This document shows, piece after piece, positions 62,730 to 64,000 of a stretch of 64,000 nt of DNA. The first letter of the stretch is position 1. Each line of letters begins with the position of its first letter. The notes under the pieces are model-generated. The model did no database searches, was not told where the DNA came from, and saw only the letters and a list, made by a program, of their open reading frames with translations. The translations under genes and the position numbers were made by a program. Source of the stretch: an uncultured Acidobacteriota bacterium (GTDB lineage: Bacteria; Acidobacteriota; Blastocatellia; RBC074); the NCBI GenBank assembly GCA_963796275.1, contig CAWCKY010000006.1:2080001-2144000 (forward strand), in the 5' to 3' direction.

Positions 62730-64000
62730 TTATTCGTACCGAAGCGAGATCATTGGGTCAACCTTCGTCGCCCGCTGCGCCGGAATCCAGCAGGCCAGCA
62801 GGGCAACTAAGATCAACAACAGAGCAATCGCCATGAACGTCAGCGGGTCTGTCGCGCTTACTCCGAACAACAGCTCGGTCATCAGGCGTGTCAAGCCAAT
62901 CGCTCCCGCCAGGCCGATGGCGACACCGGCCACCGTCAATTTCAGTCCTTGGGTCACGATCAGCCACAACACATCGCGCCTTTGTGCGCCCAGCGCCATG
63001 CGAATGCCGAATTCGCGTGTGCGTTGTGTAACGCTGTATGACATCACGCCGTAAATGCCGACCGCGGCCAGCAACAGCGCAACGGTTGCAAAGAGGCTGA
63101 ATAGCATGGCGATCAAACGCGGCTGCCAGACGGAGCGTGAGACTATCTCCTCCATCGTCAATACCTGCGTCAACGGAAGGCTGGGATCGAGTGCCTTGAG
63201 TTCGCGGCGCAAGGCGGCGGTCAGATCGGCAGAACTTATCGTGCTGCGCAACGCGAGTGTCAGATCGTCAAGTGTTATCTCGCTGTGTGGCAGGTAGACG
63301 CTCGATCGCCTTACCAAATCGAGCCGCTCCTGTTTCACGCCGGCCGCTACGCCGATGATGGTATGCCAGGGCTCGTTTTGTTCGGGTGGGCCAAAGCGAA
63401 CGCGCTTGCCGAGCGGGCTTTCATTCGGCCAGTATTCACGCGCCAGTCGCTCGTCGATGATGGTCACCTTCTGTGAATTGCGCGTGTCCCCGTCAGTGAA
63501 ATCGCGCCCCGCCCGCAGCGGGATGCCCATGGCGCGTAGATAATTGGGCGTGATTACATTGTGAAATATCATCGGCGCCTGCCCCACGGAAAGGACCGAA
63601 TGGCCTTCGACCGTCAGGCTTCTCCCCCACCAATTCTGCAAGGGCAGATTTGATGTTGCGCCCACAGCCTGTACGCCAGGCAACGCACCGGCGCGCTCGA
63701 GCAGTCGCTTGTAAAAGGCCTCAACCTTCTCCGGCGTGTCATAGCGCGCGCTCGGCAAGTCTACGCGGGCCGTCAGGAGGTGCTCCGGATTAAAGCCGGG
63801 ATCAATCCGTTGCAATTGTATGAAGCTGCGCATCATCAATCCCGCGCCGATCAGTAGCACCAGCGAGAGCGCCACTTCTGCCACTACAAGCAGACTGCGC
63901 AGGTTCTGGCGCCCGGCACCTGATCCGCTGCGGCCTCCTTCCTTGAGCGTTCCGTTGAGATCGACCTGCGACGCTTGCAACGCGGGAGCCATGCCGAAAG
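62730..64000 (-). CDS. ADOP-family ABC permease (5' partial)
   Basis: [55 protein letters not shown]. Confidence 0.92.
   Translation of the reverse strand, partial: FGMAPALQASQVDLNGTLKEGGRSGSGAGRQNLRSLLVVAEVALSLVLLIGAGLMMRSFIQLQRIDPGFNPEHLLTARVDLPSARYDTPEKVEAFYKRLLERAGALPGVQAVGATSNLPLQNWWGRSLTVEGHSVLSVGQAPMIFHNVITPNYLRAMGIPLRAGRDFTDGDTRNSQKVTIIDERLAREYWPNESPLGKRVRFGPPEQNEPWHTIIGVAAGVKQERLDLVRRSSVYLPHSEITLDDLTLALRSTISSADLTAALRRELKALDPSLPLTQVLTMEEIVSRSVWQPRLIAMLFSLFATVALLLAAVGIYGVMSYSVTQRTREFGIRMALGAQRRDVLWLIVTQGLKLTVAGVAIGLAGAIGLTRLMTELLFGVSATDPLTFMAIALLLILVALLACWIPAQRATKVDPMISLRYE

Overview
Bacterial DNA whose gene content points to Acidobacteriota (inference): four Oar-type TonB-dependent receptors, two ADOP orphan permeases, a PSD1/DUF1501 pair, and a TIGR02999-type ECF sigma plus Ser/Thr kinase. 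The centrepiece is a ~23 kb locus (31.5-54.3 kb) that reads as a complete polymer-to-central-metabolism system for the branched plant pentose D-apiose: AraC regulator, TonB receptor, secreted GH140-like apiosidase, sugar ABC transporter, apsD, apnL, apnO, oiaK and a RuBisCO-like protein (OiaT/OiaX type), with a PSD1 cytochrome c/DUF1501/Tat-amidohydrolase module apparently co-transcribed. This block plus one more receptor is bracketed by two arrays of the same REP doublet (29.5-30.2 kb and 57.9-58.3 kb). An ECF sigma and a cognate-type kinase sit just outside the arrays. Other points: an ECF sigma fused to an HxxxCxxC anti-sigma-like extension that the ORF track misses at the left edge; two +1 frameshifts in the same GG[T]ATC context; several gene remnants; several palindromic repeat families. 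No rRNA, tRNA, CRISPR or transposase was seen. All family calls come from motif recognition by eye, not database searches.
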